From an uncultured Fibrobacterota bacterium (GTDB lineage Bacteria > Fibrobacterota > Chitinivibrionia > Chitinivibrionales > FEN-1185), in contig CAVWBU010000035.1 of NCBI GenBank assembly GCA_963753345.1, positions 128,001 through 192,000 of the forward strand: DNA of 64,000 bases, in the 5' to 3' direction. Below the pieces are notes generated by a model. The model saw only the letters and a program-made list of their open reading frames with translations. It searched no databases and was not told the origin of the DNA. Position 1 is the first letter of the stretch, and every line of letters starts with the position of its first letter. Below, piece after piece: positions 51,245 through 62,056 of the stretch. The position numbers and the translations under genes were made by a program.

Positions 51245-52239
51245 GGCACATCCTCCGTCAGGTCGTTGTCGCGCCGCGCTTCGTCAACCATCCGCGTGAG
51301 CCTCGCCACCACTGCATTGACGCCGCGGCCGGTGACCGCCGACATGGAACGCCAGCCCTTCGGCAGCGCAAGGCCCTTTGTTCCTTCGACAAGGTCGCTT
51401 TTCGACAAGATGAAAAGCGCGGGCTTCTGCGCAAGAAGCGGGCTGTACGCGGAAAGCTCGCTCACCAGAAGCGCGGCCTCGGCCCTCGGGTCCGGGGAAT
51501 CGGCCGGGACCAGAATCGCAAGTACGGCCGTGCGTTCGATATGCTTGAGGAACGTGATGCCGAGCCCTTTTCCAAGGTGCGAACCTTCGATGAGGCCCGG
51601 AATGTCGGCTGCGACAAACGACCGGTAGCCTTTGCATCTGACAATTCCCAGGTATGGCTGGGTCGTGGTGAATGGATACGCCGCGATCTTCGGCCGCGCC
51701 GAGGAGATGCTCGAAAGAAACGTGGACTTGCCTGCGTTGGGGCGTCCCACGATTCCCACGTCGGCCAGCATCTTGAGCACGAGCCGCAGCTTTCTGTATT
51801 GGCCGTCTTTTCCCTTCTCGGCATGGTCGGGCAGGGGGTTTGTGCGGGTCTTGAGCTCTGCGTTTCCGCGGCCGCCCGCTCCGCCCCGAGCTGCGCAGAA
51901 TGATTGCGTATCGTCAACCGCATCGAAAAGGAGGTCGCCCGAATCCGCGTCATACACCACCGTGCCGAGCGGGATCGGCACCATGATGTCTTCGGCGTCC
52001 TTGCCGTGCTTGTTGCCGCCTTTGCCGTTTGCGCCGCTTTGGGCCCTGCAGTGGCGGTGGAAGTGAAGGTCTTGAAGCGTGCGGAGATGATGGGAGCCCC
52101 TGAGAAAAATGCTCCCGCCCCTGCCGCCGCTGCCGCCGCTCGGGCCGCCCCGCGGCCGGTATTTTTCGCGGAGATAGGCGAAGCAGCCGTCGCCGCCGCT
52201 GCCCGCCTGTGCTTCGATGGTTGTTTCGTCGATGAACAT
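51241..52239 (-). CDS. obgE: GTPase Obg/CgtA
   Basis: MFIDE..GSGGDG, GRPNAGKST, YPFTT, DIPGLIEG. Confidence 0.95.
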   Translation of the reverse strand: MFIDETTIEAQAGSGGDGCFAYLREKYRPRGGPSGGSGGRGGSIFLRGSHHLRTLQDLHFHRHCRAQSGANGKGGNKHGKDAEDIMVPIPLGTVVYDADSGDLLFDAVDDTQSFCAARGGAGGRGNAELKTRTNPLPDHAEKGKDGQYRKLRLVLKMLADVGIVGRPNAGKSTFLSSISSARPKIAAYPFTTTQPYLGIVRCKGYRSFVAADIPGLIEGSHLGKGLGITFLKHIERTAVLAILVPADSPDPRAEAALLVSELSAYSPLLAQKPALFILSKSDLVEGTKGLALPKGWRSMSAVTGRGVNAVVARLTRMVDEARRDNDLTEDVP

Positions 52240-52257
52240 TGGAGAGTCCGGTGGAAG

Positions 52258-52392
52258 AGGAAGTTTGCAAAGTTACAAAGTAACAAAGTCAAGAGAAGTT
52301 ACAAAGTGACAAAGTAGCAAAGTGACAAAATCAAGATTCCAGCCTGACCGTTCTGAACTCTGTCACTCTGTCACTTTGTTACTCTTGCACTT
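52258..52392. repeat. Inverted arrays of octamer (AAAGTKAC-like) tandem repeats
   Basis: AAAGTTACAAAGTAACAAAG...GTGACAAAG facing CTGTCACTCTGTCACTTTGTTACT. Confidence 0.7.
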
Positions 52393-52660
52393 TCTTGCTC
52401 TTCCCCGTGTCGGCTGGCGGCGGGGTTGCGGGGGCGGCCGGAGCATCGTTCTTTGCCTGCTTCTTGTACGAATCGGAACGGTAGTCGGTGCTGTAGAAGC
52501 CGCTTCCCTTGAACAGGAATCCCCCGCCGGAGGAAATCAGTCGCTTTACCGCGCCGCCGCAGCCCGGTTTTTTGCATAGGGTGAGCGGCGGTTCCGAGAT
52601 ACGCTGGTATTCCTCAAAGATGAGCCCGCATTTTTCGCATTCGTATTCGTACGTCGGCAT
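52379..52660 (-). CDS. FmdB family zinc-ribbon protein
   Basis: MPTYEYEC..CG...C...GCG, FKGSGFYSTDY. Confidence 0.9.
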   Translation of the reverse strand: MPTYEYECEKCGLIFEEYQRISEPPLTLCKKPGCGGAVKRLISSGGGFLFKGSGFYSTDYRSDSYKKQAKNDAPAAPATPPPADTGKSKKVQE

Positions 52661-52756
52661 GGAGAAACTGCTCCGAGGCGATGAAAATCAGTCAATCGTT
52701 GAGATATGCTTGGGTGCAAAGAACGCCCCCAAATTACATCATGTTGGAGAAACAGG

Positions 52757-54085
52757 TCAACGCGCCGCGGGCACGGCGGTGAGGTCGTAATCAGATGCGG
52801 AGATGATTTTCACCGGAACAATGGAGCCGATCCTTGCGTTTCCCCGGGGAAGGAGGACCGTGCCGTCGACCTCGGGCGCGTCCCATACGGTTCTGCCTTC
52901 AAGAGCCGCCCGCTTTTTTTTTGCGACCCCCGGGCTTCCGTGCAACACCGCAACCCCGTGTTCCTGAGCAGGCCCGTCCACGATTATGTCAAGCGTTTTC
53001 CCCACGAGCGAGGCGCACCGGGCCGCGCTTATCCCGCGCTGGAGCGACATAATGCGTTCGCACCTGAAAAGCGCGGTTCGGTTCAGCGGCCTTTTCGGGA
53101 GTGAAAACGCGCGCGTTCCCTCTTCCGGTGAAAACGGAAATACGCCGAGGCGCTCGAACCGCGTCTCCTCCACAAAGTCAAGCAATTCGCGGAACTGCCG
53201 CTCGGTTTCGCCGGGATACCCGGCAATGAACGTGGTGCGTATGGCGGCATCGGACATTGCGGTGCGGATGCTCCTGATGAGGGCGCGGACGCCTTTCGAC
53301 AGCGGCCGGCGGTTCATGGACCGCAGAATGTCGTCGCTGATGTGCTGGAGTGGAACGTCGAAGTAGGGAAGAAGCCGCTTTTCTTGCGCGAAAAGATACA
53401 GCAGTTCGTCGCTTACGAGCTGCGGATGCAGATACATGAGCCGGATCCACGGGAATTCCGTTTCGGCAAGAAAATGCTTGAGGAGCCGCACAAGCGAGCC
53501 GCCGCGGTCGCATCCGTAGGACGTAGTGTCCTGGGAAACCAGGATGCATTCCTTTACGCCGCGGGAAAACAGCCAGCGCGCCTCGCAAATAATATCCTTT
53601 TCAGCACGGCTTTTATACGGTCCGCGGATGGCGGGAATGGCGCAGAAACTGCACTGCCGCGAACATCCTTCTGCTATCTTGAGATACTGGGTGGCGCGGG
53701 GCGGAAAAAGCACGCGCCCGGCCGGGGCTTTGCGGTGCGCGCCGAACGACGACGCAAGCACCGCGGGCCAGTCGTGCACGCCGAGCCACGCGTCAACCTC
53801 GGGGAAATGAACCCTCGCTTGGTTCCTGAAGCGCTCCGAAAAACAGCCGGCGACCGCGAGCGTGGCGCAGACGCCGGATTTCTTGAAGCGCGCCATGGTC
53901 AGGATGGCTTCTATCGCCTCTTGCCGGGCTTCCTTGATAAATGCGCATGTGTTGACGAGGATCGTATTCGCGCGGGAAAAATCGGACACCGCAGTATACC
54001 CCGATGCACAGAGCCGGGCGAGCATGCGCTCGCCGTCTATCTGGTTCTTGCTGCATCCGAGGTTCAACAGTGCAACGGTTCGCAT
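52757..54085 (-). CDS. rimO: Ribosomal protein S12 methylthiotransferase
   Basis: LGCSKN.ID, NTCAFI..A..E, YLKIAEGC...CSFCAIP, DAPEVDG. Confidence 0.93.
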   Translation of the reverse strand: MRTVALLNLGCSKNQIDGERMLARLCASGYTAVSDFSRANTILVNTCAFIKEARQEAIEAILTMARFKKSGVCATLAVAGCFSERFRNQARVHFPEVDAWLGVHDWPAVLASSFGAHRKAPAGRVLFPPRATQYLKIAEGCSRQCSFCAIPAIRGPYKSRAEKDIICEARWLFSRGVKECILVSQDTTSYGCDRGGSLVRLLKHFLAETEFPWIRLMYLHPQLVSDELLYLFAQEKRLLPYFDVPLQHISDDILRSMNRRPLSKGVRALIRSIRTAMSDAAIRTTFIAGYPGETERQFRELLDFVEETRFERLGVFPFSPEEGTRAFSLPKRPLNRTALFRCERIMSLQRGISAARCASLVGKTLDIIVDGPAQEHGVAVLHGSPGVAKKKRAALEGRTVWDAPEVDGTVLLPRGNARIGSIVPVKIISASDYDLTAVPAAR

Positions 54086-54136
54086 GCGTGGCCCTCAACA
54101 AATCGTTGTGTTACAGAAGAAAATTCTGCAGTATTC

Positions 54137-54167
54137 AAAAAAAACGGGCCGGTCGCGCCGGCCCGTT
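54137..54167 (-). terminator. Rho-independent terminator of the SPOR gene
   Basis: AACGGGCCGG/CCGGCCCGTT stem followed by a U-tract on the minus strand. Confidence 0.75.
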
Positions 54168-54190
54168 ACAACCTTTGTCGGATTACGGTT

Positions 54191-55207
54191 CTACCATCCG
54201 CCCGATGAGGAATCCTTTCCCGAGCCTGTTGTGCCGGTGCCCTGCGTGCCGCTTGTTCCGGTCGAGCTGCCGGTGCTTGGAGAACTGCTTGCAGCGGCAG
54301 AGCCCGTTGAGCCGGTTGCCGCCGACGAACCGGAAGCGCCGCTTGTTGACGGTTCGGAAGAGAACGAGGATGACCCGGTTGTCGTGCCGCTCGCCGAGGA
54401 GGACGACCCGGATGCCGGCGTTGTCGAAAAGGAACTGCTGTTTTGACTTGATGAAGAGCCGGAGAACGAAGACGATCCTGAAGATTCGGTACCGGATGAT
54501 GGAGTTGAGGATGGTGTTGAAGACGGTGTTGTCGAAAAGGAACTTTCCGTGGAGCCGGAGGACGAAGGCGACGGCGTGGCGGCCGGCGCGGGCGCGCTCT
54601 GGTAGCTTCCCGCGGCGCTGCCGCCGCCCGAGCCGAGCCCGTAGCCTTCCATGCCGACGTTGTCGTTGGACTTTTTGTCAACCCAGAATTCGTAGCCGTC
54701 GGTTGCAAGGGTGTTCTGTCCGAACGATTTCGCGTCGGCCACGACCTTGAAACCGCCGATGCGCACGCGGTAGAAGGTGCCGCTCAGGCTGGGGGTCGGG
54801 TTCTGGACTTCCGCGACATATGCGGGGAAACCCTTGTCTTTGAGCTTTGCGACCATGGAATTTGCAAAGGATTGAGACTTTACACACGACACCTGCACCG
54901 TATACCTGCCGTTTTCGGCAAATTCTCCCGAGAAGGAAGACGCCGCCGGCTTCTGTTCGGCTGCCGCGGCCTGCTTGCCCGTCTTCTTCGCGCCAGCTTT
55001 TCCCTTCTTTGCGGACGAGTCTTCCGAATAGAATTCCTTGAATATGTCGCCCGTGTCGGCGGCCGCCGAAGGTTCCTTGGCGAGCTGCGATGCCGGGGCC
55101 GCGCCTTTCCCCTGCTGGGGCTGCTTTGCCTTTCCGCATCCTGAAAGCGAAACGATGAGCATGCATCCAAGAACCGCGCCAACGACCGTGAGAAGTTTAC
55201 CGTGCAT
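54191..55207 (-). CDS. SPOR domain lipoprotein with Ser/Gly/Thr-rich tail
   Basis: Lipobox LSGC; YTVQV...A....KL...G..AY...YRVRIGGF. Confidence 0.85.
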   Translation of the reverse strand: MHGKLLTVVGAVLGCMLIVSLSGCGKAKQPQQGKGAAPASQLAKEPSAAADTGDIFKEFYSEDSSAKKGKAGAKKTGKQAAAAEQKPAASSFSGEFAENGRYTVQVSCVKSQSFANSMVAKLKDKGFPAYVAEVQNPTPSLSGTFYRVRIGGFKVVADAKSFGQNTLATDGYEFWVDKKSNDNVGMEGYGLGSGGGSAAGSYQSAPAPAATPSPSSSGSTESSFSTTPSSTPSSTPSSGTESSGSSSFSGSSSSQNSSSFSTTPASGSSSSASGTTTGSSSFSSEPSTSGASGSSAATGSTGSAAASSSPSTGSSTGTSGTQGTGTTGSGKDSSSGGW

Positions 55208-55396
55208 ATATCCTCCTTGAAGGGAAACCGTATCCTCCGCCCCGCTTCCTCTCGCGCATCATCGGCGGCTGCGCGGCAAAAAAAGTATTTGCGCGCGCCC
55301 GGACGCAATGGTTTACAATATGCGCCGGTTTACAATATATATAGAATCTACAATACTGTAACCCAAAAATCCATACTTTTTTCCAACGCGGGCCGG

Positions 55397-56530
55397 TTAC
55401 TTTCCGCCTGGCAAGCCGTCAAGCAGCCTTCGCGCCTCGACCGCCTGCGGCGTTTCCGGAAAATCCGCAACCACTTTCTTGAGAGTCCGGATGGCGGCGT
55501 CGATATCGCCTTTCCTGAGAAGGTCCAGCGCGGAGCGCGAGAGCTGCGCGGCTTTTTCCAGGTTCTGCGCGTAGCGGTCGGGATTGAGCGTCTGCTTGAG
55601 CGACGGAGGCACGGCATTGAGCCGGTAGGGGCCGTAGGTCATCAGGAGGCACTGTGGTCCGGCATTCGGGTTTGCGGCGTTGAAATAGGAGATCTTTCTC
55701 GTGTCAAATACCATATACCTGCCGTCCCATCGGTATGTCGCCTCGAGCGTGAGCGAGCGGACGCCGTTCACCGCGAGGGTGAGGCCTGCGGGGAGCGTAA
55801 CCCCGTCGAACACGGCGTAGGTGAAGGTGTATGAAAGGATTGAACTGTCGACGGGCGGTTTTCTGGTCTGGTCGGCGGCAAAGGTTCTGCTGTTCTTGCG
55901 CAGGGTGAGTTCGTACACGCAGCGGGTTGCGCTGTCCATCACGCACACGAGGCTGCTCAGCCACGATTCCCGGACAAACGCGCCCATGTCATCGTACGAG
56001 TAGGCGAAGTACTTTCCTTTGGGCGCAAGCTCGAACCTGAGCGTCGCCCTGTCGCCCTGTCGCCCCGGCGCGCACGTGATGGTCGTCTCATCGGCGATGG
56101 TGCGGAACCGGTCTTCCTGCCGGTACCTGAGCACGGAGGAAACCACGATATCGATCATTTCCCCCGGATTGAGAACGCCCGAAAGCAGGTCGCGCGTTTC
56201 GAGGGAATAGCTGCGGTTTGCAAGCAGGAGGTGGAACTGATGGTTTTTGTCAAGGACTTCCTCGTAGCGGGGCGCTTCGAGGTTGACGCTGCGAAGGGTC
56301 TTTTCCATCTCGTCGGCAATGTCGCCTGACAGCGTTACCGGCACGGTGTACTGCGGCGGCATGCGGGAAAAAACCATACGATCGGGTGACTGCACATTGC
56401 GGAGTTTTTCATAGGCATCCGGAAGCGGCGCCTTACGGCCCGCGGCGGCGCTCCACAGGAGCGCAAGGCAGAACGCGGCGGCAGGAACCGCGGAACCTAA
56501 CGACACAACGTGATCAAAACCGATTTTCAC
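55397..56530 (-). CDS. Hypothetical exported protein with C-terminal TPR
   Basis: GTG overlapping the hisB stop; AI..L..VV..FP.T..A..A. Confidence 0.65.
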   Translation of the reverse strand: MKIGFDHVVSLGSAVPAAAFCLALLWSAAAGRKAPLPDAYEKLRNVQSPDRMVFSRMPPQYTVPVTLSGDIADEMEKTLRSVNLEAPRYEEVLDKNHQFHLLLANRSYSLETRDLLSGVLNPGEMIDIVVSSVLRYRQEDRFRTIADETTITCAPGRQGDRATLRFELAPKGKYFAYSYDDMGAFVRESWLSSLVCVMDSATRCVYELTLRKNSRTFAADQTRKPPVDSSILSYTFTYAVFDGVTLPAGLTLAVNGVRSLTLEATYRWDGRYMVFDTRKISYFNAANPNAGPQCLLMTYGPYRLNAVPPSLKQTLNPDRYAQNLEKAAQLSRSALDLLRKGDIDAAIRTLKKVVADFPETPQAVEARRLLDGLPGGK

Positions 56531-57120
56531 ACGAGCGTTCCCTTTGAAGAGGGGATGTCGCGGCCGGCCCTTGGATTTATGCCGCAGGCCTGCGACAGGG
56601 CTCGGCCGAAGGCCTTGAAGACCGCTTCGAGGGAGTGGTGGCTGTTCCTGCCGCGCAGCAGATCGACATGCATGGTGAACAGGCCATGATCGGTGAACGC
56701 CTTGAAGAAGTCGTGCGCGAGGTCGCATTCGAAATCGTTGACATGCGTGGTTGCAAGTTCCACATTGTAAATAAGGTTCGGCCTCCCGCTCAGGTCCACG
56801 CACACGCGCGCGAGCGATTCGTCCATGGGAACGTGGCTTTCGCCGAAGCGCACGATGCCCGCGTGGTCGCCGAGCGCTTTATGGAGCGCCTGCCCAAGGC
56901 AGATGCCGATGTCCTCGGCGCTGTGGTGGAAATCCACGTCGGTGTCGCCGGCGCAGGCGATGGTGCAGTCGAACAGCCCGTGCTTGGCGAAGAGCGTGAG
57001 CATGTGGTCCATGAAGGCGTTGCCGCTCGCCGCCTTCGATACGCCGGAGCCGTCGATGGACAGTTCGCAGCTGATGTCGGTCTCCTTTGTCTTCCTTTTT
57101 ATCAAGGTTTTTCTTGCCAT
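56527..57120 (-). CDS. hisB: Imidazoleglycerol-phosphate dehydratase
   Basis: R.TKETDI, FMDHML, DFHHSAED, NSHH..EAVFKAFGRAL, PSSKG. Confidence 0.97.
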   Translation of the reverse strand: MARKTLIKRKTKETDISCELSIDGSGVSKAASGNAFMDHMLTLFAKHGLFDCTIACAGDTDVDFHHSAEDIGICLGQALHKALGDHAGIVRFGESHVPMDESLARVCVDLSGRPNLIYNVELATTHVNDFECDLAHDFFKAFTDHGLFTMHVDLLRGRNSHHSLEAVFKAFGRALSQACGINPRAGRDIPSSKGTLV

Positions 57121-57154
57121 GGTCGGTCCTTTCCCGTGCCTGTGCACGCGCCAA

Positions 57155-58238
57155 TTAGGCCGCGGCGGTTTTGAAAAAGTCCTTCACCGCGGATTCAAAC
57201 GCCTTTGTTTCATCGTCCGTCCCCACGTTGACGCGGAGGCAGTTGTCGAGCATCTGATACTGCGACACGTCGCGTACCAGGATGTTTTTTTTCTTGAGGA
57301 ACGAAAAGAGCTCGTTCTTGCGTTTTGTCCGCATCAGGATGAAATTCGCCGCGCTCGGATACACCGCGTCGAACGGCATTGACGCCAGAAACGCAAACAG
57401 CGAATCGCGCCTGTCCGAAAGCTCCTGTACCCGGGGCCTGAGCTTGTCTGCATTGTCCAGAAGCACCCCGGCCACCTGTTCGGAAAAAAAGTTGATGTTG
57501 TACGGGAGCTTGATCTTATACATTTCCTGCACGACGTCGGGCGTGCCCAGCATATAGCCGAGCCGCAGGCCCGCACCAGAAAACGCCTTTGAAAAGGTCC
57601 GCGTGATGATCAAGTTGGGATTTTCTTTAAGCAGCGGCACGGCGCTGTACCCGCCGAATTCCACATACGCCTGGTCGAGCACGAGAAAACCGGTGTGCGC
57701 CTTGAGGATCGCCCTGATGTCGGATTCGCTTAGCGAGCAGCCGGTCGGATTGTTGGGCGAGCACAGCACCATAAGCGAGCGCGGGTACTGCGACGCGGCC
57801 TCGCAGATCTTTTTCACGTTGAACGTAAGGTCGTTGGTGAGAAACACGGTGCGCTCAACGGCGCCGAGGCCGGTCGCGAGCAGCCGGTACACGGTGAAGG
57901 TTGGTTGACAAAGAATAACATCCTTCCCCTGTCCCGCGAGCGCAAGCAGCAGCACGAGCAGCATCTCGTTCGATCCGTTGCCCACCATGATCCCGCCGTC
58001 CGGCACTCCGCTGTAGGCCGACAGCTTCGCCTTGAGCGCCTCCGGGACAAAGTTCGGGTACCGGTTGAACGGCCGCTTCCGGCAGAATGCCGCGATCTCG
58101 TCCTTGATGGCAGGCCGGAAGATCGTACGGGTTCTCGTTCTGGTTGAGCTTGATGTCCGCGGCCTCGGGTTCGAGATGGTACCGGGTGAGGTTGCGGATT
58201 CGTTCGTTGACAAGAAGGAGTGAGTCGCTCAGGTTCAT
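57155..58238 (-). CDS. hisC: Histidinol-phosphate aminotransferase (frameshift near 58112)
   Basis: KLNQNENPY in one frame; NRYP, GNGSNE, SPNNPTG, RTFSKAF.GAGLRLGY in the next. Confidence 0.9.
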
Positions 58239-58392
58239 GAGTGCTTTTTGATTGCCGATGCAAGGGCGATGATTTTCCGCGGCCACATTTCCGTACGTCG
58301 CGCCGGCCCCGGACTTGATATTCATTCATTTACAATATAAATTAGTACGGGTTGGTGCGGGTACAGGCTGTAGAAACAGGGTGAGAATGAGG

Positions 58393-60048
58393 CTATTTGA
58401 CCACCGTAAACCCCTTCACCGTCTCGCTTTTCTCGTAAATCGCTTTTGCAAAGTACCTGCCAGCCGCATGGCTGGGAAGCCAGACAGCTTGATTATTACA
58501 GATAGACAAATTCTCCAGCAACTGGCCTCGCATGTCGAACACACGAAGTGATGATGTTCCGGCAGGAAGCGAGAAGCGGACTTTTTTGGAAGAGAACTGG
58601 TTGATGGAAATATCATTTTGTGAATGATTCGTTTGACGGGAAACCGGGTTGGCAGTTTTGGTCGGATAGTCTTTGCTGTTCACGAAGATATTAAATGTCA
58701 AGGTGTCCTTATTGCCGAAATCGTCGGACACGAGGAATTCAACATGGTCCATATATGAGGAATCTGTTGTCGGTGTCCAGGATATTGTTCCGCCCACGGA
58801 GACAGTCATGCCGGAGGGGACTTTGAGGGGAGTATAGCCGTGGTTGATCGAGTCGCCGGAGACGGGGATCTTGAAAGTAAAGGAAAAGGACTTGTAGGCG
58901 TAGCGGTCGGATATGATTGAGAGGAGGCAGGCAAGATCTCCGCGACCCGAAGTAGGTGCTCCCCGTCGCGATGAAATTGCCATCACTTGTCGGAGTGATG
59001 TCATCTGCATAAACGTCACTGGTGACTGTTTGGGTCCATACCGTATCGCCATCAGGGGTTATCTTGAAAATGTATGCCTTTGAAGATCCCGTGCCAATAG
59101 ACTCCGTATACGCTGTGACAATAAAGTTTCCGTCCGTACTTGACGTGATTGATTTCGCGCCGGCTACGCCTATACCAGTGAATGTTCTGGTCCATACCGT
59201 ATCGCCGTTGGGTTTGATTTTCAGAAGATAGGCCTTTGAAAATCCGGTGTCATACGGGAATGCATGCCCTGCGACAATAAAGTTTCCATCTGCATCTGCC
59301 GTGATTGCCCAAGCGACATTAAAGTCGCTCCGGCCGTATTTTCTTGTCCACAGCGTATCGCCGTTTGGGGTGACCTTGAGCAGGCAAACCTGGGAATACC
59401 CGTTTCCGTTTGTGGTTGATCCGGCAATAATGAAATTTCCTTCAGGTGCCGGCGCGATGGCACAGCCCGTGTTAAAGTCGCCAAGGCTGTATTTTTTAGT
59501 CCACAGCGTGTCGCCGTTCGGGGTGACCTTGAGAAGGTAAACATCAGAAGGTTCTCCGTTGAAAGAGAGGCCTCGCCCGCGACAAGGAAATTTCCGTCGG
59601 GCGTGGCGTTGACGGCAAAAGCAGTCCCTCCGACGGGGATTGTTCTTGTCCATATCGTATCACCATTTGAATTGATTTTCAGAATATATACATAGGGCTG
59701 TTCGCCGTATTTACTTGTTGTCCCGGCAACGATGAATTTTCCGTCTCCGGCCGCTGCAATGCCATTTGCGCAGGCTTCCCCTGTGCCGTTATATGTTTTG
59801 GTCCATACCGGATTGCCGAAGGCGTCGGTTTTGAGCAGGTACATTTTCATGGGGCTGCCGGTTGTATAGGTGTTCCCCGCGCCAACCAGGTGGCCGTCCG
59901 CAGTCGCTGAAATGGCGGAAAGCGCACAGTAATCCTCCGGAGTGCTGCAGGTTCTCTTCCAGTATGTCTGGCCTGCACAGTCACTCGCCAATGTCAACGC
60001 CGCAAGCGCGAACATCACCATCTTTATTGCCGATTTTTTGTAAGTCAT
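58393..60048 (-). CDS. Secreted beta-propeller repeat protein with Ig and sorting domains (frameshifts near 59.57 and 58.95 kb)
   Basis: Tandem YLLK..PNGDTLWT..Y repeats across three frames; VFDMRGQLL tail. Confidence 0.7.
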
Positions 60049-60073
60049 AAAGAACTCCTTGTTCCTCCGTTGA

Positions 60074-60300
60074 CCTCACCCCTGTTTCCCCTCTCCGATA
60101 GGAGAGGGGATGAAGGTGGCTATTTTACTCTCCCCTCTCCGGGCGGAGAGGGGAGAGGGAGGGGTGAGGTCTATCTTGATTTCACACCCAATAATATATG
60201 TAAGGAAACCCGAAAGTGAAGCTTGCCGTAGAGAAAGTGTTTTCTTGCAGAAAATACTAGCGGTTCCCCTCTCCCCGTGGGAGAGGGGTCGGGGGTGAGG
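60074..60300. repeat. Cluster of three CCTCACCCC..CCCTCTCC/GGAGAGGG REP-like palindromes
   Basis: Units at about 60074-60110, 60130-60170 and 60264-60300; the last overlaps the tatD 3' end. Confidence 0.75.
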
Positions 60301-61057
60301 TCCCGAACGCCCTGTTAAAATTCCTCTCCGTCGCCGCGGCGAATTCCTCTTCGTCCATCTTCCTGATCTCCGCGATCTTCTTTCCCACAAGGGCCACCCA
60401 TGCAGGCTGATTCGGCTTCCCGCGGTGGGGAACAGGGGCGAGATAGGGCGTGTCGGTTTCAATGAGGATCGAAGCGAGGGGGGCGCAAGCGACAACTGAA
60501 GCGAGTGAGGATTTTGCGAACGTGACGATGCCCGAGAACGAGACAAAATACCCCGCGTCGGCAAGTGCCTTCAGGGTCGTTGCATCGCCGGTGTAGCAGT
60601 GGAACACGGCCCGCTTCACGCCCGCGGCTGCGCACATGTCAAGCGCGCGGTGCTCGCAGCCGCGTGAGTGTACGATGACCGGTTTGTCGAGCCGTTTGGC
60701 AAGTGCAAGGTGCTTTTCGAAAAAGGATGATTGCAGTTCGAAAGAAGGATAGGCGGGGTTTGTTGCGTCAATGCCGGTTTCGCCGACCGCGATGACGCGA
60801 GGATCGGCGAACAGTGCAGCAAGTTGCTCTTCCCACAACGGTGGTGCATCGTTCACGTCAAACGGTGAAATCCCCACCGCGGCAAACAGGCCTGGATGGC
60901 CGGCGCATTGCGAAATGACGGTGTTGCTTGACGAAAGGGATGTTGCGGCATTGAGGATGCGGTGCACGCCGTTTGCGCGGGCATGATCAACGGTTGCTTT
61001 GAGCGCGGCGTCATCGCAACGGTAAAGGTGGGCGTGTGAGTCGGTCCACTGGATCAT
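60257..61057 (-). CDS. tatD: TatD family DNase
   Basis: DSHAHL, AVGETGID, VHSR, FHCYTG, ETDTPYLAPVPHRGK.NQP. Confidence 0.93.
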   Translation of the reverse strand: MIQWTDSHAHLYRCDDAALKATVDHARANGVHRILNAATSLSSSNTVISQCAGHPGLFAAVGISPFDVNDAPPLWEEQLAALFADPRVIAVGETGIDATNPAYPSFELQSSFFEKHLALAKRLDKPVIVHSRGCEHRALDMCAAAGVKRAVFHCYTGDATTLKALADAGYFVSFSGIVTFAKSSLASVVACAPLASILIETDTPYLAPVPHRGKPNQPAWVALVGKKIAEIRKMDEEEFAAATERNFNRAFGTSPPTPLPRGEGNR

Positions 61058-61069
61058 GGCCCGATTGCG

Positions 61070-62056
61070 TCAGGTCCGGTTCTTGAACACGGCGGCCCAC
61101 TTTGCCAGGTTCCAGATTTCGGGTTTCTTCATGCCGCGCCCGATCTTGAAAATCACCACGTCTTTGGCCTCGATATGGAAGGGCTTGCCGTTGAAGGTAT
61201 ACTCGAGAAGGCTGTTGTTGCCAACGCAGACGTCAAAACTGTCGCGGGCGACGCACCGCTTGGTCTGGTTTGCCTTGAGCCAGTTCTTCCAGGACACGCC
61301 ATCCGAAAAGATCTGGATCCACACCGAGTCTTTTTTCGCTTTTATTTCCAGCGAAAGAATTCCGCGTCCCATGGAAATGCTGTCAACGGCTATTGCCGCG
61401 GGAGAGCCGGTGTCCGGCGCAGTCGCAGCCTTGGGTGCGGGGATGGGGGCGGGCGCGGGGATGGGGGAGGGCACGGCGGCGACCGTGTCGTGCCGCACCA
61501 TTTTTCCGATCAAGCTGTCTTCCGCCGCGTCTGTCGGGGCGGCCTTATGAACGGCCGGTTTTGAAGTATCGGTGCGCGCCGAAACCGCGGCCGGAGCCGC
61601 GCGGGGAGCAATCCCCGGCGCACCGGCCTTCCTGTTTGCAAAGAAGCTTACAACGCCGAGAACGACGATGACGCCCACGATGATCATCCACGGCTTGAGC
61701 TCCTTTTTTCCGGGCTTTTTTGCCATGGTGATGACGATTTGCGTGTCGCTGCCTTTGCGGAAATTTTCGTCGTGGATGCCGCGCTCCTCATAGAATTTTT
61801 TGAGGACCGCCTCGGGATCGAGGAGAAGATACTTGGCAAGCGAGCGAAGGTAGACGCGTATGTACGGGTCGGCAGGGAGGTTGGTGTAATCGTTCACTTC
61901 GAGCGAACGCACGTACTGGACGCTCAGCTTGAGGTCCTTGGCGATGGTTTCGAGGGCAATGCGCCGGGCAATGCGTTCTCTGCGGAGGATGTCGCCCACG
62001 CGCTCGGGCCCGGTCTCCTCTTTCGCCTGCCCGCCGGCTTCATTTTCTTCAGACAT
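61070..62056 (-). CDS. RodZ-like HTH / DUF4115 membrane protein
   Basis: G.ILRRER, YIRVYLRSLAKYL.LD, TM segment, VWIQI..DG. Confidence 0.85.
   Translation of the reverse strand: MSEENEAGGQAKEETGPERVGDILRRERIARRIALETIAKDLKLSVQYVRSLEVNDYTNLPADPYIRVYLRSLAKYLLLDPEAVLKKFYEERGIHDENFRKGSDTQIVITMAKKPGKKELKPWMIIVGVIVVLGVVSFFANRKAGAPGIAPRAAPAAVSARTDTSKPAVHKAAPTDAAEDSLIGKMVRHDTVAAVPSPIPAPAPIPAPKAATAPDTGSPAAIAVDSISMGRGILSLEIKAKKDSVWIQIFSDGVSWKNWLKANQTKRCVARDSFDVCVGNNSLLEYTFNGKPFHIEAKDVVIFKIGRGMKKPEIWNLAKWAAVFKNRT

Noticed and set aside
54191-54640. Ser/Gly/Thr low-complexity tract as a DNA repeat system
   Set aside because: It is the disordered C-terminal tail of the SPOR lipoprotein.
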